The notes: generated by a model not told the origin, from the sequence alone. Positions 1-14,318 are shown, counted from the whole stretch's first letter. The stretch is DNA of 61,976 nt, filler included, from Choristocarpus tenellus KU-1152 (GCA_964200185.2; 5 parts of 5 records of this genome joined end to end with filler, not necessarily neighbours in it); one strand, 5' to 3'. Numbers and translations: made by a program.

Positions 1-429
1 CAACAAACCACAAAACAAAAGAATCATCCACAGCAAAATCGAAAAGGGGGGCGGGCAGGGCCGGGGGCAGGGGGGGGGGGTAGATAGGTGTGCACCCATA
101 GGACAGAGGATAGATAAGGCGATGCTTAATGAACCAAGGTATTGTTCAACAGGGGGAGTGACAAGTGGGACTGGTATGACGCAGACCTCTATGGCAAGAG
201 GCGTGTGAGATTTACGTATGTTATCCTGCCTTTAAAAGGCGTACACCTTACAATCATGTGATTGTGTTTCCTCCGGGTCTTGCACAAATACAGGGAAGCA
301 GACACAAAAACACAGACCATACTGCTATACTCCGATGGTGTTACTTTTCTTAAATAGTATAATTCATTTCTGTTCTTCTTTAGTACCAAGCACTACCTGG
401 CACTTCGCTAACATACATAACACAGTGCT

Positions 430-456
430 TTGAAAAAAAAAAACTTTATTTTCTTA

Positions 457-495
<39 letters not shown>

Positions 496-600
496 CTATT
501 TTTTTAAAAATTTTTTTTTTTTTTTTTTTATTTTTTAATATAAAAAAAATAATTATTTGATAATTTTTTNNNNNNNNNNTTTTTTTTTTTTTTTTTTTTA
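430..600. other. Low-complexity poly-T/A tract around a 10-N gap (570-579); unreliable sequence
   Basis: Long homopolymer runs flank the Ns. Confidence 0.9.
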
Positions 601-1481
601 CAGATTGTGTGCGCACCAAGATTGTCAACAAGAGCCTTCGATTTATAGATATCATTTAACAGCAAAAAAATCATCAGTGGGACATTCCTGGTACTTCTAG
701 TACAAAATGCGACAGTCTTAACATTAACACACCCACTACACCTATTTTCCAGTACAAGACATTAACTAAACTGTACCAGAAATAAGCTTCGTCTGTTCTT
801 GTACTAACAAACACACAAAACAGGTCAAGGTACGGCCTGGACTTTCAAATGACCTAAACAAACAAACAAACAAAAAATCACAGCCGCAGGGGGTTCATTC
901 ACTTCCCTTCAACCAACTTTGACCCTACCTGTCATGGCAAAAGAGTTTCTCCAATGTCCTCCAAGCCATCAACATAAAAGAAACCCTACCACAGACTTGT
1001 CCCTGGCTGTTAACAGCATAGCAGTCCAGGGTATATTTCTCACTCTTTTTTGTTTTGTACACCCTGTGCCAATTTCACTCATTGTATTTCCCAATACCTG
1101 AAATGATTGTGCAGTCCTGATGCTGCTATCAACCCCCCCCTTCCCCCCCTCCCCTAATACACAATTTCTTTTTCTCTCACAATTTTAATAAACACCTTCA
1201 CACACATCGTAAGACCCATGAGATACACCCAAGGTGGACGATCACCATGCCCTCCTCGATGTCTCCTACTGATGACATTATTACAATTCAAAACGGTACT
1301 CTAAATGAAAATAAATAAATTATTCTGAACGAAAAACCAAATCGATTCTGTTTTCACCTTTCACCATCACTATTGTAGCATCCGCAGAGAGTGTCCCCAC
1401 TAGAAGCACTTCAGAGACAGTGAGAGACCAATTAAGAGAGGGGTCGCTGGAATGATCCTGCAAGCATTAACGTGCTCTTAC

Positions 1482-4400
1482 CTCGAGCTGTTGAGGTGTT
1501 TTGTTTGGTAAACTGTCTAGCTCCTCCATAAAAGCCTCCCAAAACATGTCAATTGCTACCTCCGAGTAGCCCAGCGAAATCAATGTGTCCTTGCTGGATG
1601 GGAAAACAGGGGAATTGATCGTGAGCGGGGGATGATCACACCAACACATCAGGAAATAGCAACTAGAGCAGAGAGATGCCACTGCAATGTGGGTGAATGC
1701 AATTCCATCCCACAGTGTAGATGTACATTACAGTTCAAAGTTAGCATTTCATGTTTCACCTCTACAGCTGGCAGAACATGATGTTCCTGTAAAAATATAC
1801 CCACATCAATCACTGACCCCACCCTGAGGAATTCACTGTATTCTTGCCATGTGTTTCAACTATCAAGAGGTGCGGCTAGAGCTGATACATACTTCTTACT
1901 GGACATGAAGGACGATTGCCGCTTGGGAAAGAGCACAAGGGGTACCAGGCTCACACAGCACATAGTCCAAAATCAAGAAACATGAACCCCATTGCACATA
2001 CACACACATACGTATACATTGTAGAACCAACCAAGTCAGAGGTTCTATATAAATTGTGAAGGCGTATTGAATCATTGCACCTGGTTCGCATGAGGGCTAT
2101 CCGAGCCATCACTCTTGATAAAATTTCGGATCACATCTTTAAAGCGTACTGAGTGGAGGGTCCTTGAAGCGGTACCCCCAACCCCTGCACTTCAAAGCTT
2201 CCCCAGTTCAATCCAACTTGTTAAGTCTACTATTTAGAGGTCTATACATCCAACTGTAGTAAAAGTGGCAATAAGACTTCCCATACCGACGGCTTCATGA
2301 CGCAGGCGAGGTGTATTCAAGGTGACTATTTGAAATATAACAAACAAGAGGAACACTATTACCACGAAAAAAATGATCAAAGGCTCTTTGTTGCTGTACA
2401 TTGAATACTACACACACTGTAGGAGGGGGTAACGCTGTACTCTTAGCAAAAAATAACTATGGCACACCTATCTTGCAACATATCTATGCACTCAACGGGC
2501 TAATATGCTTTGGAAGACCTTGAGCGACAACTGACCTTCCCCCCACTCCCACTCCACCACCCCAAATAGTCCAGATTGGTCCCGGGTCAGTCAAGCTAAT
2601 GACATTTTGATCCCATCTCTAGTACAGAAGTATCGACATCACTTGTACCGTTCGGGGGATAAAAACACAGCATCGTACCACTCTGCCATTTGCCGATTTT
2701 AATCTCGACAGAACACAGAAATTTCCTGGATCGTTCAACAGCCAGCTAGAAAAAAACTTCCATTGAAAAACGCTCCATGCAAATGCACTTAGCAGCATGT
2801 GAAGCATTACATCTTCAAGATGCCAACGCCGACGCCAACACACTTGAACGTGTGATTTCCTCAAACCCTAACCCTAAATATTTTACATGTAGCTATGCAA
2901 CAGAACAAATCCCAAAACAGCAAGTGAAGTGTAGGTGGCGTCCCTTTGTTAAAAACTCTTGGCACCATTATATTTCCTAATGCGCCCAGCTCACACAGCT
3001 GCTGTCTCACAATATTACTAGCACTGGTGATTATCCATGATACCTGGCCACAATACACGCCTTTAATCTCTCTAGCTCCACCTTTGCCCGGTCTCCTCCA
3101 TCCCCCTCGCGCTTGAGACCAGCCAATGTACCCTCCAAGAGACTGAACAAAAAGCATCGATAAAAACAGTTTCCATCACCACGGACGCGTCGGAGGGAGG
3201 AGTACCGCTGTGTCAACAACAGCACAGTCAGGGTGGGCCCAGAGGAGTGGAAGGGGGGAGGGTATGTCACTTGTGAGTTGGTTTTCTCACCCTTGCTCGA
3301 TGATGCAAGTACCATCACTACTGTGAAGGGTTGTAACTGTCACTTATTGCATCAGTCAAACCTACTTTTCCAACCAGGCGGAGATGCCAGAATCTCTTCA
3401 TGCTGATAGAAAGCTCGCTTGTTGTTCTTCACATTTAATTATAGACTAGAGTAGTAGAGCGGTGCTCTTTTAAAAATTATTCATATTGTGGAGGGTATCC
3501 TCTCAATTGATGACAGCAGACTTTAATGGGGTTCTCAGAGTCTGGACAGAGTCTTTGGAATAGAGTACAGCAAGAACCCTCCAAGAATTCTGAGGCAATG
3601 TTAGCATGAGCAAAGAGGTGGAATAAACCCATCACATGCCAACCATATCATTGTGGCGATATGGTATGCTGTTGGAAGACCCCTTTCATGTCTGGAGCAA
3701 GAGAACATGGCCCTATGAACGCCTGATTATGATGTGTGTATGCATTTAACAAACGGGATTATTCAAAGCAATGATTTGAGACAAATACAACTTCCTTCTT
3801 GCAGTGTTGGAATATTTGCCAGTGTGCTTGGCCCATATACATACACAACCATATAATGACGAACATTTATTGCTGGGGAAGTGTGGCATCAAAGGGATTG
3901 AGAATGAGCACCATTTGCGCTACCACCACTGCAGGGAGGGCTAGATACTTTAATAAACATTGATCCTGCCAATACAATTTCACGCAAGCTCGAGAGCAAC
4001 TCAATGGAGTGTTATTGCACTCCGAATTCCGAGCAAGGTGGTTCAACGACAATTTTGCACTCCACTGCAACAAAATTTAGGCATACACTGCTTGTGTCCA
4101 AATTCTGTACAAATTTTGAACATGTAGAACGTGCCCAGTCCAACGGTGGACCAAAAAAAGGTTCACCAAAGTTATGGGCGAGTTCACGCAATTCACAACT
4201 GAGAGATGCATACAAGATATTCCCCTACATCCCCTTAGGTGAACCAGTGGCTTGGGATCAAAGATCGCGGTGTTGTTGAAATGAGCAGCTATCACAACAC
4301 GAATCACGAACTAGGAAGCAAACACAGATGGACCTGCAACGCGACAACTGGGCCTATCCATCAAGCCCAAAGATTGGTGGATAAACGACAAGCACCATGG

Positions 4401-5130
4401 AACAAGAAAACTGTTCAACATCAGACAATCACGAGGATGAATAATGAACCAAGCTTGTTCTGCATCATAATTGCTGTTTGTACATCGTAAGTACAATGCG
4501 ACAAACCTGTCACTGGCAGCGTAGGATAGTAAAAAAAAAACGACGAAATGTGGAAGGGTTAGGTGGAGCATTTTGAACTACACAACGCAGAAGTAGACAG
4601 GAGCAGTCTAAGACGTTTCCTAAGCGGAACCTTGAAAGACACTACCATCGCCCGATAACCATCCGGCTTAGCCGAGATGTTTAATGACAAAACTCCACAT
4701 GCTTACCCTACAAAGGTCTTCCACACCCTTGGTGAAGCCAGGCTTGGGGTTCCCCTGGTACTCTGGCAGGAGTACTGACAGACTTTCCTTGGTTCCGATT
4801 AGAGGCTATCATAAGAAGGAGCGGAGAGGAGTTCAGGCGGAAGAAAATGGCATCACAAGGGTTGCGGGTGGCGTACTAGTGGCATGGAAATCCCATAATC
4901 TAATTTGAGGACCGCATCGATGTGAACAAAACCGTCAAGCATCGACGTACCTGGTCCACAACACAAGACACGATACAAAATATTCTGTCCACTAGAAGAT
5001 CAAGTACTCCCTTCACCTGCGAACTGGCGATCTCATCACTGATCGCATTGGTCTGCGCCACAATCTTGTTATTCTCGACCTGTTTCGCCTGGTCAGCCTC
5101 ACTACTGTTATCTCTCTCCCCTCCATTCAT
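1482..5130 (-). CDS. OTUB: Otubain-family (peptidase C65) deubiquitinase, 3'-partial; exons 5130-5017, 4805-4707, 3207-3044, 1593-1482
   Basis: Phase-consistent GT-AG splicing gives MNGGERDNSSEADQAKQVENNKIVAQTNAISDEIASSQ/PLIGTKESLSVLLPEYQGNPKPGFTKGVEDLCR/RYSSLRRVRGDGNCFYRCFLFSLLE.../SKDTLISLGYSEVAIDMFWEAFMEEL. RxxRGDGNCFYR is the otubain catalytic-Cys motif. Remaining exons were not found and are probably beyond the gap or window start. Confidence 0.92.
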
Positions 5131-5579
5131 AACTTCCCAACAACTTCGATTTCCCTGTCTATGCAATGCACTCTCCGGGATCCCAGTCTCAACTGCACCC
5201 TGTACAGAATGCCACTCGACCGATCACGTCAACAAGCCCTCCTTTTTGTAGGTACTTGGTAGATGCACATTCGTAAAAAGTTAGTTTCTTGTTTGTTGCG
5301 GGTTATAGGAATTGCTTTGGAGAACTAAAATACACTATACTATCGTATCTGTGAACTGTTATTGATATACTTTGATGTATATACTTTCAGAACATTCATT
5401 TTATTCTTACATGCACCATAACATGGGAAGTGGATGTACTCCAGACCTTAGAGTTCGTGTTTGTTTGCAAGTCAGAAAGAGATTACTGCACTCAACTGTG
5501 CATACGATCTTTGTACAAGCTAGCGTTTAGGATAATTTATCAGACCCTCGTTGCACCCTCAACCTTGGATATCGCGATC
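5131..5579. promoter_or_regulatory. Putative bidirectional promoter between otubain and CcP
   Basis: Divergent ATGs at 5130 (-) and 5580 (+) are separated by 449 bp. No specific motif was identified. Confidence 0.5.
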
Positions 5580-8500
5580 ATGATGGCTCTGCGTGGTGCT
5601 TCCCGGCGATCACTCTCAACTGTGTTGGCAGCTACAGCCAGACCCATCCCACGTGTAGGCGCTGCTACCTCAACTCACCGTGCCCTGACATCGAGCATAC
5701 CTAAGGCACAAGAGAATGTAAGATCCTTATATATCAGTTGCACAACCTACCAAATCCCATGTTCTTTGATGGATGCCTATGAACACAGACACTACTTTTC
5801 ATAAGGTGTGCTCAAAACAGAGTATTGTAATCCTTCTGAAGATGTTCAATGAGGAGAAGATAGGGGCAAAGTTTTGTGCCCGGTATTTGGGACCGCTCGT
5901 TCTTCTTTGCTTTGTTGTGGTTTGACCAATTACTTCTGTCGGAAGAGGATAAGGACCAACTTGATTAGAACCTTGACAAAACACCCCGCTTCGAATTCCC
6001 TCCACACTTCGTGCACAAGGCATGGCCTAAGTTCGTCGCCACGGCAGCCCCCGCTGTGGGTATTGTTGCTGTCTTTCTTGCCAACGTGGACCAAGCTGGT
6101 GCTGCTGCCCCAACTATGAACTATGACTTGGTGAAGAAGGTGCGAACGATAGATGCGATAGAAAACCGAGCTTGATTATCCTTCTGTGATCAATGTTCTC
6201 CTTGATACCCGTATCAAATATTGTGGTTTGCAAGTGATAATTTGATTCAGCAAACGCTAAGAGCACGTACTGTTTTTTTACATGAAGTGGACAGCTGTTC
6301 CTTCAGGTCTCGAACACTGTGACTTTTAGTTGAGCCATGACCTTGAGAAGGCATTGACAGGGCGCGTTTGTGTGAGACGCGGAACCTTGCTGAGGCAGGC
6401 AGGCTATCCTGGGTTGAGACGACAGCCCTGAGCTACGCCCTACACATTCTCATGCAACCAGAATATATATTCGACGATCTTTCCTCACCCCTCCCCAGTT
6501 CATTCCTTTTAACTCTGGTGAGATGATCATTTAAATGATCCCCTGCAATATCTACAATACGGTTGGTCGGTTTCTAGTCTGCAGACAATATGCAGTCATG
6601 CCAAGACGACATTAGGAAGGGCATTGAGTGAGTGAAGTGCCCGAGTCCTAAGACGAGAACTTAACCTCTACCCTAACCCGGACTGTTCACCACATCCCTG
6701 CCTCCGCCCCCGCCACCTGCCAAAATCCCACATAATATTTTTAAAGGATATAATTGCTGCAATCGAGGAAGATGCAGAAAAGAGAGGCGATGGAACCTCC
6801 ATGGCTGGCACCTTGGTACGACTGGCATGGCATTCTTCAGGAACTTTCTCCAAGGCAAGATAATGATGACCCTCCAATACTCATTGCGAAGGGTGCGTGA
6901 CAACTTGACCTTTTATCTATGTATAGAAACTTACACCCTCTTAACCCTGGTGATCACTGCATTGACTCATCAAACAATACAAAAAACCTTTTGTGGTCTT
7001 GAATGTTCTTGTGCAATGGGGATGATGCTTTGCTCCAATATTGCTGGCATGCGTGCAGGTTGATAGGACTGGAGGTTCAAACGGTGCATGCATGCGATAC
7101 TCTCCAGAGAAGGATTGGGGAGCAAACGCTGGCCTTGACATTGCCAGGGATTTCCTTGAACGTGAGCCAGCTTTTTTTTGTTACTGCAATGTTTACGAGC
7201 GTTGGTTGCATTCATGCCTATGTTTTCCACCTGTTGTGAGGTATATTGATAACATTGCGTGGATTTTTTTATCCAATTTTCAAACCCCTTGACTACAGTC
7301 TATTCTCCTGCAAGCTCTGTTTCTCTTCTCATATTGGCCTTGACACCTTTCCGATCAAAGTCAAGTTATTTTGAAATATTTCTGCCTCCCAATGTGTACA
7401 GGATGGAGGCCTGTCGTCTTGGGTTTTTATTTTTTACTTGCATTATACCTTCGTTTTGTGTTGATTTTGAGTTAGGGCTAGGGTTTATAATTTGTAATGG
7501 AACAGCAGTACCCTTTTGAATTTTGGTCAAGAAGAGATTATGAGTTCATTTTGAGATAATTTTATCTTGATCCACTGAGTATTGCGCTACAGCTGAGAGG
7601 TTGGTGTGCCTGAAAATCAATTCAACTGAGCCAAGGTTGAGATATTGAAGAAATTGATTGCGTGCAGTACAGTCCATGCGCTTGTATGTCATACCCGCCG
7701 TCCCTGGTATAGTTGATCCAAAGTCTATTATACCACTATTTTGAGTATGCTTTGTATGTTGTCACAACCTTTTGGGATCATATATGAATTACGTAACATG
7801 GCTGCATTTTGTGTAAATCTTGACTAGAGTTTTAGGTATTTTTCCATACATCTATGTAGATTGTGTGTAACAACCACGTGCCATTTGGCTTTTTAACAAG
7901 TTTGGGCAGACCAAAATGTAGTAGTAGGTTAAACTTTCAAGCACAGATAGCTTTTGTGATCAAAAGCCGCCTGTGTGGAAGGAAGTGATTGCAAAATTTG
8001 GGACATCATTATATGTACACAGTTCGAAGCATATAAAATGAATCAATGATTCAAATGGGAAAAATCTGTGTCTATTTTCTGTTATGATGTTTTCATGTGC
8101 AAATTCACCACCCCAGCACGCACTATTCCAACCTAGAGTATTGATGCAAGAAGGTGTAGGGTATACCCTGATTTGGAGTCATGCAAGTAGTACCTGGTAC
8201 AGTAGATGTACAGGTCACCTCATCTTTGTCAAATTCAGTGCCTTTGCTACCTGGGTTGATTGGGAAATGGATGCGCATCGGCTGTTAGGATGGTGCCTGT
8301 GGGAGGAACTATGGACCTAGCTAAAAGAGACTTTTTATGTTGCCTCATGTAGTTGCTAAGAGTCCCCATGTTGTGAGACTGTAAGACAGTGCAGTGGCAC
8401 TTTGGGTACAACTAAGAAAGATATCTGTTCATTGTACATTCAGTCACTTCAAAATTGTGCTTGTTAGTAACTATGCTTGTCTTCCCTTCCAACTCCTTGT

Positions 8501-11500
8501 TCAATCGATGCCCTTCCCTCCATCCATGCCTACACTACCTAGAGCCAAGGCTATCTATCAACGCCTCTTCAAATATGTGGAACTCTTTTCACCCCCTCCC
8601 ACAGGCACCAACACGCCTTCCAATAGAGACAATTCTCACTTCACAATCACACCTGATTATCCTCTCCCCTCAAGCTACATCACGGTTTGTTGTGATACAC
8701 AGTTGTCATGATGGTGATCATGTGTGACTCCTTGCCCTCCTCCTCGCCAATAACAATCCACAATTCCTTAGCCCTCAAGGCCAAGTATCCTGAGGTCTCA
8801 TATGCTGACCTGTGGACGCTGGCGGGAGCGGTGGCCATTGAACAGATGGGGGGACCAGTGATCAACTGGAGGCCTGGACGCAGTGATTCTGATAAGCCCA
8901 CCACTGTGCCAGACGGTGAGGATGTTGGGATTGTACTCGGAATGTTGGTGAAAAGTAGAAAGGTGTCTGTGGTTGAAGTAGAGCATTGAGAGTGCTGCTC
9001 TATGGAGATACTCGTATCCATTGCTACATGGAAAAAGTTGTGTATAGTTGTAACCACAGTGAGACAAAACAACCTCACCCTGAGAAAGTGCTAAGACATT
9101 GAAAAAAGTGCCATCTCTGTGACCAGTCAGCTCCAGCAACAGAAAGTAATAGAAATATGGTAAATAGAAATATTACTATAACCCATCCACTTTGGCAGTT
9201 GTGTTTTTCGTTCTGGATGTGTACAAAAAACATGCTGTGCACAACGCACCTTAAGATCAAAGCAGTCAAGGACATTAACATTCTGGGAGACTGCCTACAC
9301 TCTTTGAAGCAAAGAAGAAGCATGCAAGAATGAAAGTGGTGCTGTATGGCAGCAAGATTAGATTAGGTGCTCTGCTGCAACACCGCCTGGCGATGATATG
9401 TTCTTTTCGGCCCATGACTAATAACTAGTATTGTAGCTGTGATAAGATGGTCGTGAGGGTCATAACCTAGGTGTTGTCAAGTTTTTGGTGTATGCTTCTG
9501 TGCTTGCTGCCTTCTGCTGTTTGTTTGCCCTCTGGACATGCAGTTAAGTCCACCCCGGTATGGAGAGGTGTTATTGTGTTTGAGTTTTGAACCAGTTGTG
9601 TCTAGCTGAGGCACCTGTCTCCGTGATTGCCCTCGATGGGTTTTTGGTTACTGCTACAAAGTGCTTAGTTTTTCCGACAAGCACTGTTGAAGTGTTACAT
9701 ACTTTGAAATAACAGAACATGAATAAATTTATATATATATATATATATATTTGGCTTGGTTGTTGCGCTGTGGTAGGACGCCTACCCGATGCAGACAAGG
9801 GCAGCATCAGGGCCACTCCAGCACACATCAGGGCCATCTTTGGACGCATGGGATTTACTGATGAGGAGATGGTTACCCTTTCTGGAGCGCACGCAATTGG
9901 GAGGTGTCACACTGAGGCATCAGGTGAGGGATTGAGGTTGAGATGGATGGGCAATGACTGTGTTCGGCACTTACTGATTGTAGTGCTGGTGTAGCACTGT
10001 TGATGTACTGTCTCAACTTAATTTCCTGTCTGCATCAGTCGTTTTTCTTCTTTTTTTTGGTGAGATTGTTTGAAGTGAATATATCTTAGCAATGAAGTAT
10101 TGAAGTTTGGTGTGACGGTTATTTTATTATCTTACACAGACTCATGAGAGGTGCAAATATGTCTGCACAATACCATCTTTGTGTGTTTAGGACCCTTTGT
10201 TATGTGATCACGTTGTTTCTTGTTGCATGATCTGTTTGTGTTGGTCTTGTCAGGTGGGGAGTGAAAGGGGTATTTTAATAGTTTTCATACTTTTTTTCCA
10301 AGAACATAACAGTGGTCTGTACACTCAGTGTGTAGTAGTTTTTTTGTAGTCTGTAGCAAACAGGCTCTGTGGCACTAGGAGCAATATATATATTTTTTCA
10401 AACTGAGTGCATCTGGTTGAATCTATTTTTTTTAATATTTTGAGCTCATTAGGTTACTGGGGCCCTTGGACGTTTGCTGAGACAACCTTCTCCAATGAGT
10501 ACTTCCGGCTGCTGTTAGAGGAGACCTGGACCATCAAGACCACTCATGAGGGGAAGGAGTGAGTCATAACACAACCTTCCCCTCTATTCCCCCTCACTTA
10601 TCCTCACAACTTGTGTCTGTCTGGGAAGTAAACCAAGACTGAGAGGAAACTGTTTTATCAAGCGTAGAGTCATTTGTAGCTGAAGTGTCTTACTTAGACA
10701 GGTCCGTGAGAAGATCAAGGAAGGTTCTATGTGTTACTGTGATAGGACCAAAGTCAATGTGATAGATACTGCTCAAGGTGTATTGAAGGCATTTGAGCTC
10801 AGGGGTTAGGTTGAGAGACAACTGTGGCGAGTATCTTTCCAGAGTGACAAACAACAGCCGGGCCCCGTCCTCAACCCTCACACGATTAAGGTGTACCTCT
10901 GATGAGACATGACTTCGGGTGATTCGTTGAGGGTCAAAGCAGGCAAGTGGTCAAAAACTTGTTGAATTCTTGGTAGAAAATCTTTTGTGTTAGGGCTTAG
11001 ATCAACGTGGAAGACACCTTCGTACTGTCCGGGGACTTACTGTGATGGTGATGTACTAGATCGTACTTGTGTCTTTGGCAGCTTGCTGTTTACCTTAATA
11101 CCCCTACCTGTCCATCTTCCCACTTGCATTTGTGCAGGTGGACTGGCCCTGATCAGTTTGAAGACCCCACCGGCAAGCTCATGATGCTTCCCTCCGACAT
11201 GGCTCTTGTGTGGGACAAGGGTAAGGTTTATGTTGGGCGAAAGCAGCGAAATAATTTTCTTTTTTAAGGACCGAACCTTGTATTTTCTTCTGTTCTTCTC
11301 GACCTGTTGCGTAAGAAATGTAATTGCAATTGTGATAGACAGCCTCCACATTGAGACCCAAGTATGATTTTTGCGAAAGAGTGTGTGATGGTATGGGACT
11401 GTTTGTGTTGCATAGTATCGATTGATTGAACTGTGGGGGTGTTTGTGAGGAGAATCCTTGTCTCCACCCTTGACTTCTGTAAACCCTGTTTATACTCTCA

Positions 11501-12406
11501 GTTAATAATCTTTTGGTGGTGCACCTTGTAGAGGTGATCATTTTCTTCTTCGTTGGATGGAGAGTTGTGTGTATTCCTGCAATTAGTTGTTGATCGGCGT
11601 TTCTTTGTGTTTATATTTCAGTTAGTTCTCATTGTTTGTTGCATCCGAAGTACTTGGAAGTTGTTGGGTGGTGTTGGAAATGATATTTTTATTGATTTTG
11701 GAAGATGATGCTATTGTGGAGTTGATACTACTACTTCAAAATGGTAACTGACTTTTTTTGCTATTGGATCAAGGTTGTGTCCACCGTTGACGTTAATTGT
11801 TAAAAAAACAAAAACAAAAACAAAAACGCTTGTATCATAGTCAAAGATTTTGCAAAGAATTGCCCACCTTCCTAGGTATGCCTGCTGAGAGGCGGTCTGC
11901 CCTCTATTGCTGCATCAAAATACTTCTGTTTCTTAGTTGTAGTGCATTTAAAACACTCCAAGCCCAAGTATGTTGTAGGTACTGAGCAAACAGTGCATCA
12001 AACCACTCCCTCCCAGTTTGGACTAAGCATCATGGCTTCAAGGGTGGAGCTGTTGAGCTTTTCTTCCAACATGTTATCAAACTGAGGATTTGATCCACTA
12101 CATCATGTACCCTGACAAGTAGAGACAGATACATTCGTTGTAAACTCTTGACTGCTTTCTACTCAACAGATCCCCCATTCCCCTGTTTATTCCTACTATC
12201 CTTTTATGTCTGGGTGCCGCTGGATGGGTCAATATGTTGATGAAGATTTCCGTAAGGTGGTTGAGGTGTATGCAAAGGATGAAGACAAGTTTATGGCCGA
12301 TTTCTCCAAGGCCTTTTCAAAGCTGCTTGCACTTGGTGTGCCTGCAGCCAGCAGTCAGGGTAGTGGTGGGGTCCTATCAAAACTGAAGGCAATGCTTGGC
12401 ATGTGA
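5580..12406 (+). CDS. CCP1: Cytochrome c peroxidase (class I heme peroxidase), probably mitochondrial; 9 exons: 5580-5717, 6020-6139, 6747-6854, 7059-7161, 8772-8915, 9777-9923, 10453-10558, 11138-11220, 12246-12406
   Basis: Distal motif [31 protein letters not shown], proximal [16 protein letters not shown] (Trp-radical position) and LMMLPSD (CcP-type Met-Met...Asp). The Arg/Ser/Ala-rich, acid-free N-terminus ([21 protein letters not shown]) resembles a mitochondrial presequence. All splice phases are consistent, with one GC donor. Confidence 0.92.
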
Positions 12407-13298
12407 TGCAAGGTTGGGTCTTTAGTGAGATAGGGAAGGCGGTGATAATGCCAACCATGTTGATCGTGGCTGAAAGGACTTTTTGTTAGGTGGCTTGATG
12501 GTTTCTACTGTGTGCTGATGCACTTGCAGAAGAGAGGGGCTCTTCTGTCGTTCCGGAGGGGGACTATTATTGGAGAGTAACCACACCCAATTTCTTTTCA
12601 TTCGTCTTCATATCCCCGTGTATCCCCTGTTTCTTGAGTTTGTCGCAGCTCTTGTTGCATACATAGTGTGGTGATGGGAGGGATGGTCATGCCTCCTACT
12701 AGTATGATAGGTGCTCCTCAAGTCAGATAAAGTTTCTAGTTGTGGTTGTGCCTTCGCCGGTCCAACAGGCACTGCAATTCTGGAGTCTGTTACAATGCAT
12801 AACGTTGGGTCAAATTAGAGGGGATGTGCTTGCTGCCTGGATGACCCTACTGAAGCATACATTAAGGCTTGTGTCGTAAACTCGTGCTCCAAGGGCATAA
12901 CCACGGGTCTCTAGAGTGGGTGGGTACTCCATTTATATAAAGATGTGGTATTATTTATTTGTATCTGGACACAAGCTAACCACAGAAAAGAACACTACGC
13001 AATTTTTATGGGGGTGCATTATTGAATGTCTTTTGGTCCCTCACCTGCCTGCCTTCACCGGTGCAAAATGTTTCAAGGAGACAGCTACTGTCAATAGTTG
13101 AATGGCAAAGAATGTAGGTTTCACCCTGATCGATTATTCTAGAAGTAGCATTTAGAGGTGTGTATGTTTGGACTGTGTCCTCTAGGAACCTGTTGTCTGT
13201 TGCACCACATAGTTCAAGGTAAATGATACTTCCATTTTTTATATTAGTAGTCTGAGGTCATCAAGGCTGTACCAGACTGGGCTGCAGGACATGGCCAG

Positions 13299-14318
13299 TC
13301 AATGCTGTGAGAAGCCATGCTTTAAGGTAGGTATGTAGTCAAATCGTGTTGGTTGTAGACCATCTAAACTGGGATTCATACTCGTCCTCATGAAGTATAG
13401 TTTGTTGTTCAAAGTAGGCGTAAAGTTGTCATGCGAAAACATTAGGGAGCACTTTGTTGCAGTGAGCTGTTTCACTGTCTGGTCTTTCTTACTGTGAAAG
13501 TCTTCGATGACAGTGTCCTTCCATTTCTCCGACTTGACCTCACTTATCCATACATCAAGCACAACTTCACAATAGCCCTTCACGGAGGTGTCCAATAGTA
13601 GTGCAAGGCTGAGGAGTTCCTTTAAGCTTTCAATGTGCTTTATTTGGACCTCGTAAGTTGTATGACAGCTTGGCATTAGTTTGTTGTGGTCAATCGGAGT
13701 TTTGAAGAGGTTCTACAACAGTGGCAATAAGTGTTGAATGATACGTTCCTCTCGATATTTTTGAATCGATATTTCAACTAAATGGTGGGAACCATTGCAG
13801 AGAGGATAGATCAGAGGAATCTGTATTTTGCAGGGATTTTCACAGGCGTGGTAAATGAAATGACCCCGTCCACAGCCGGACCTGTATCACAATTATTTAA
13901 CATGTCTTGGTACATGTCCGCCGGACTGAGCAGAACAAAAGCTCTCAAACGTGTCCGGACCATGTCCATTGGGTATTGTACTGGTCGTTGTCTGCCAGCC
14001 GTACCAGGTCTGGCAGACTCTAAAATGTCTAGATATGTACTATTGTGATCTTTGACATTTTGTAATTGTGTCAGTGAAAAAGTCAAACCAATATCACAAG
14101 GACCCCTGAAAAAATAGTTGCTATAAATGTGAAACATTATCTCTTGTAGAAGTGTCAAGGTTCAAAAGCTCTCTGCAAAAGGGGGTAATAACAATCACCT
14201 TGGACATGTAGGGTGGGAATACTGGTAGGGAGGGTCTCAGGGAGAGTGTTGATGATGGCTGAGCAGCATACGCTGTTGAAGGCGTTTTTCCATCTACACT
14301 ATTACCCATTCGCCACAC
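13299..14318 (-). pseudogene. Degraded intronless coding relic, possibly from a transposable element; family not recognised
   Basis: Three consecutive minus-strand ORFs (14318-14121, 14158-13811, 13676-13299) have protein-like composition but lie in shifted frames with stops between them. No recognisable motif. Confidence 0.3.

Noticed and set aside
446-655. Poly-Lys ORF
   Set aside because: It is a translation of poly-T low-quality sequence across an N gap.
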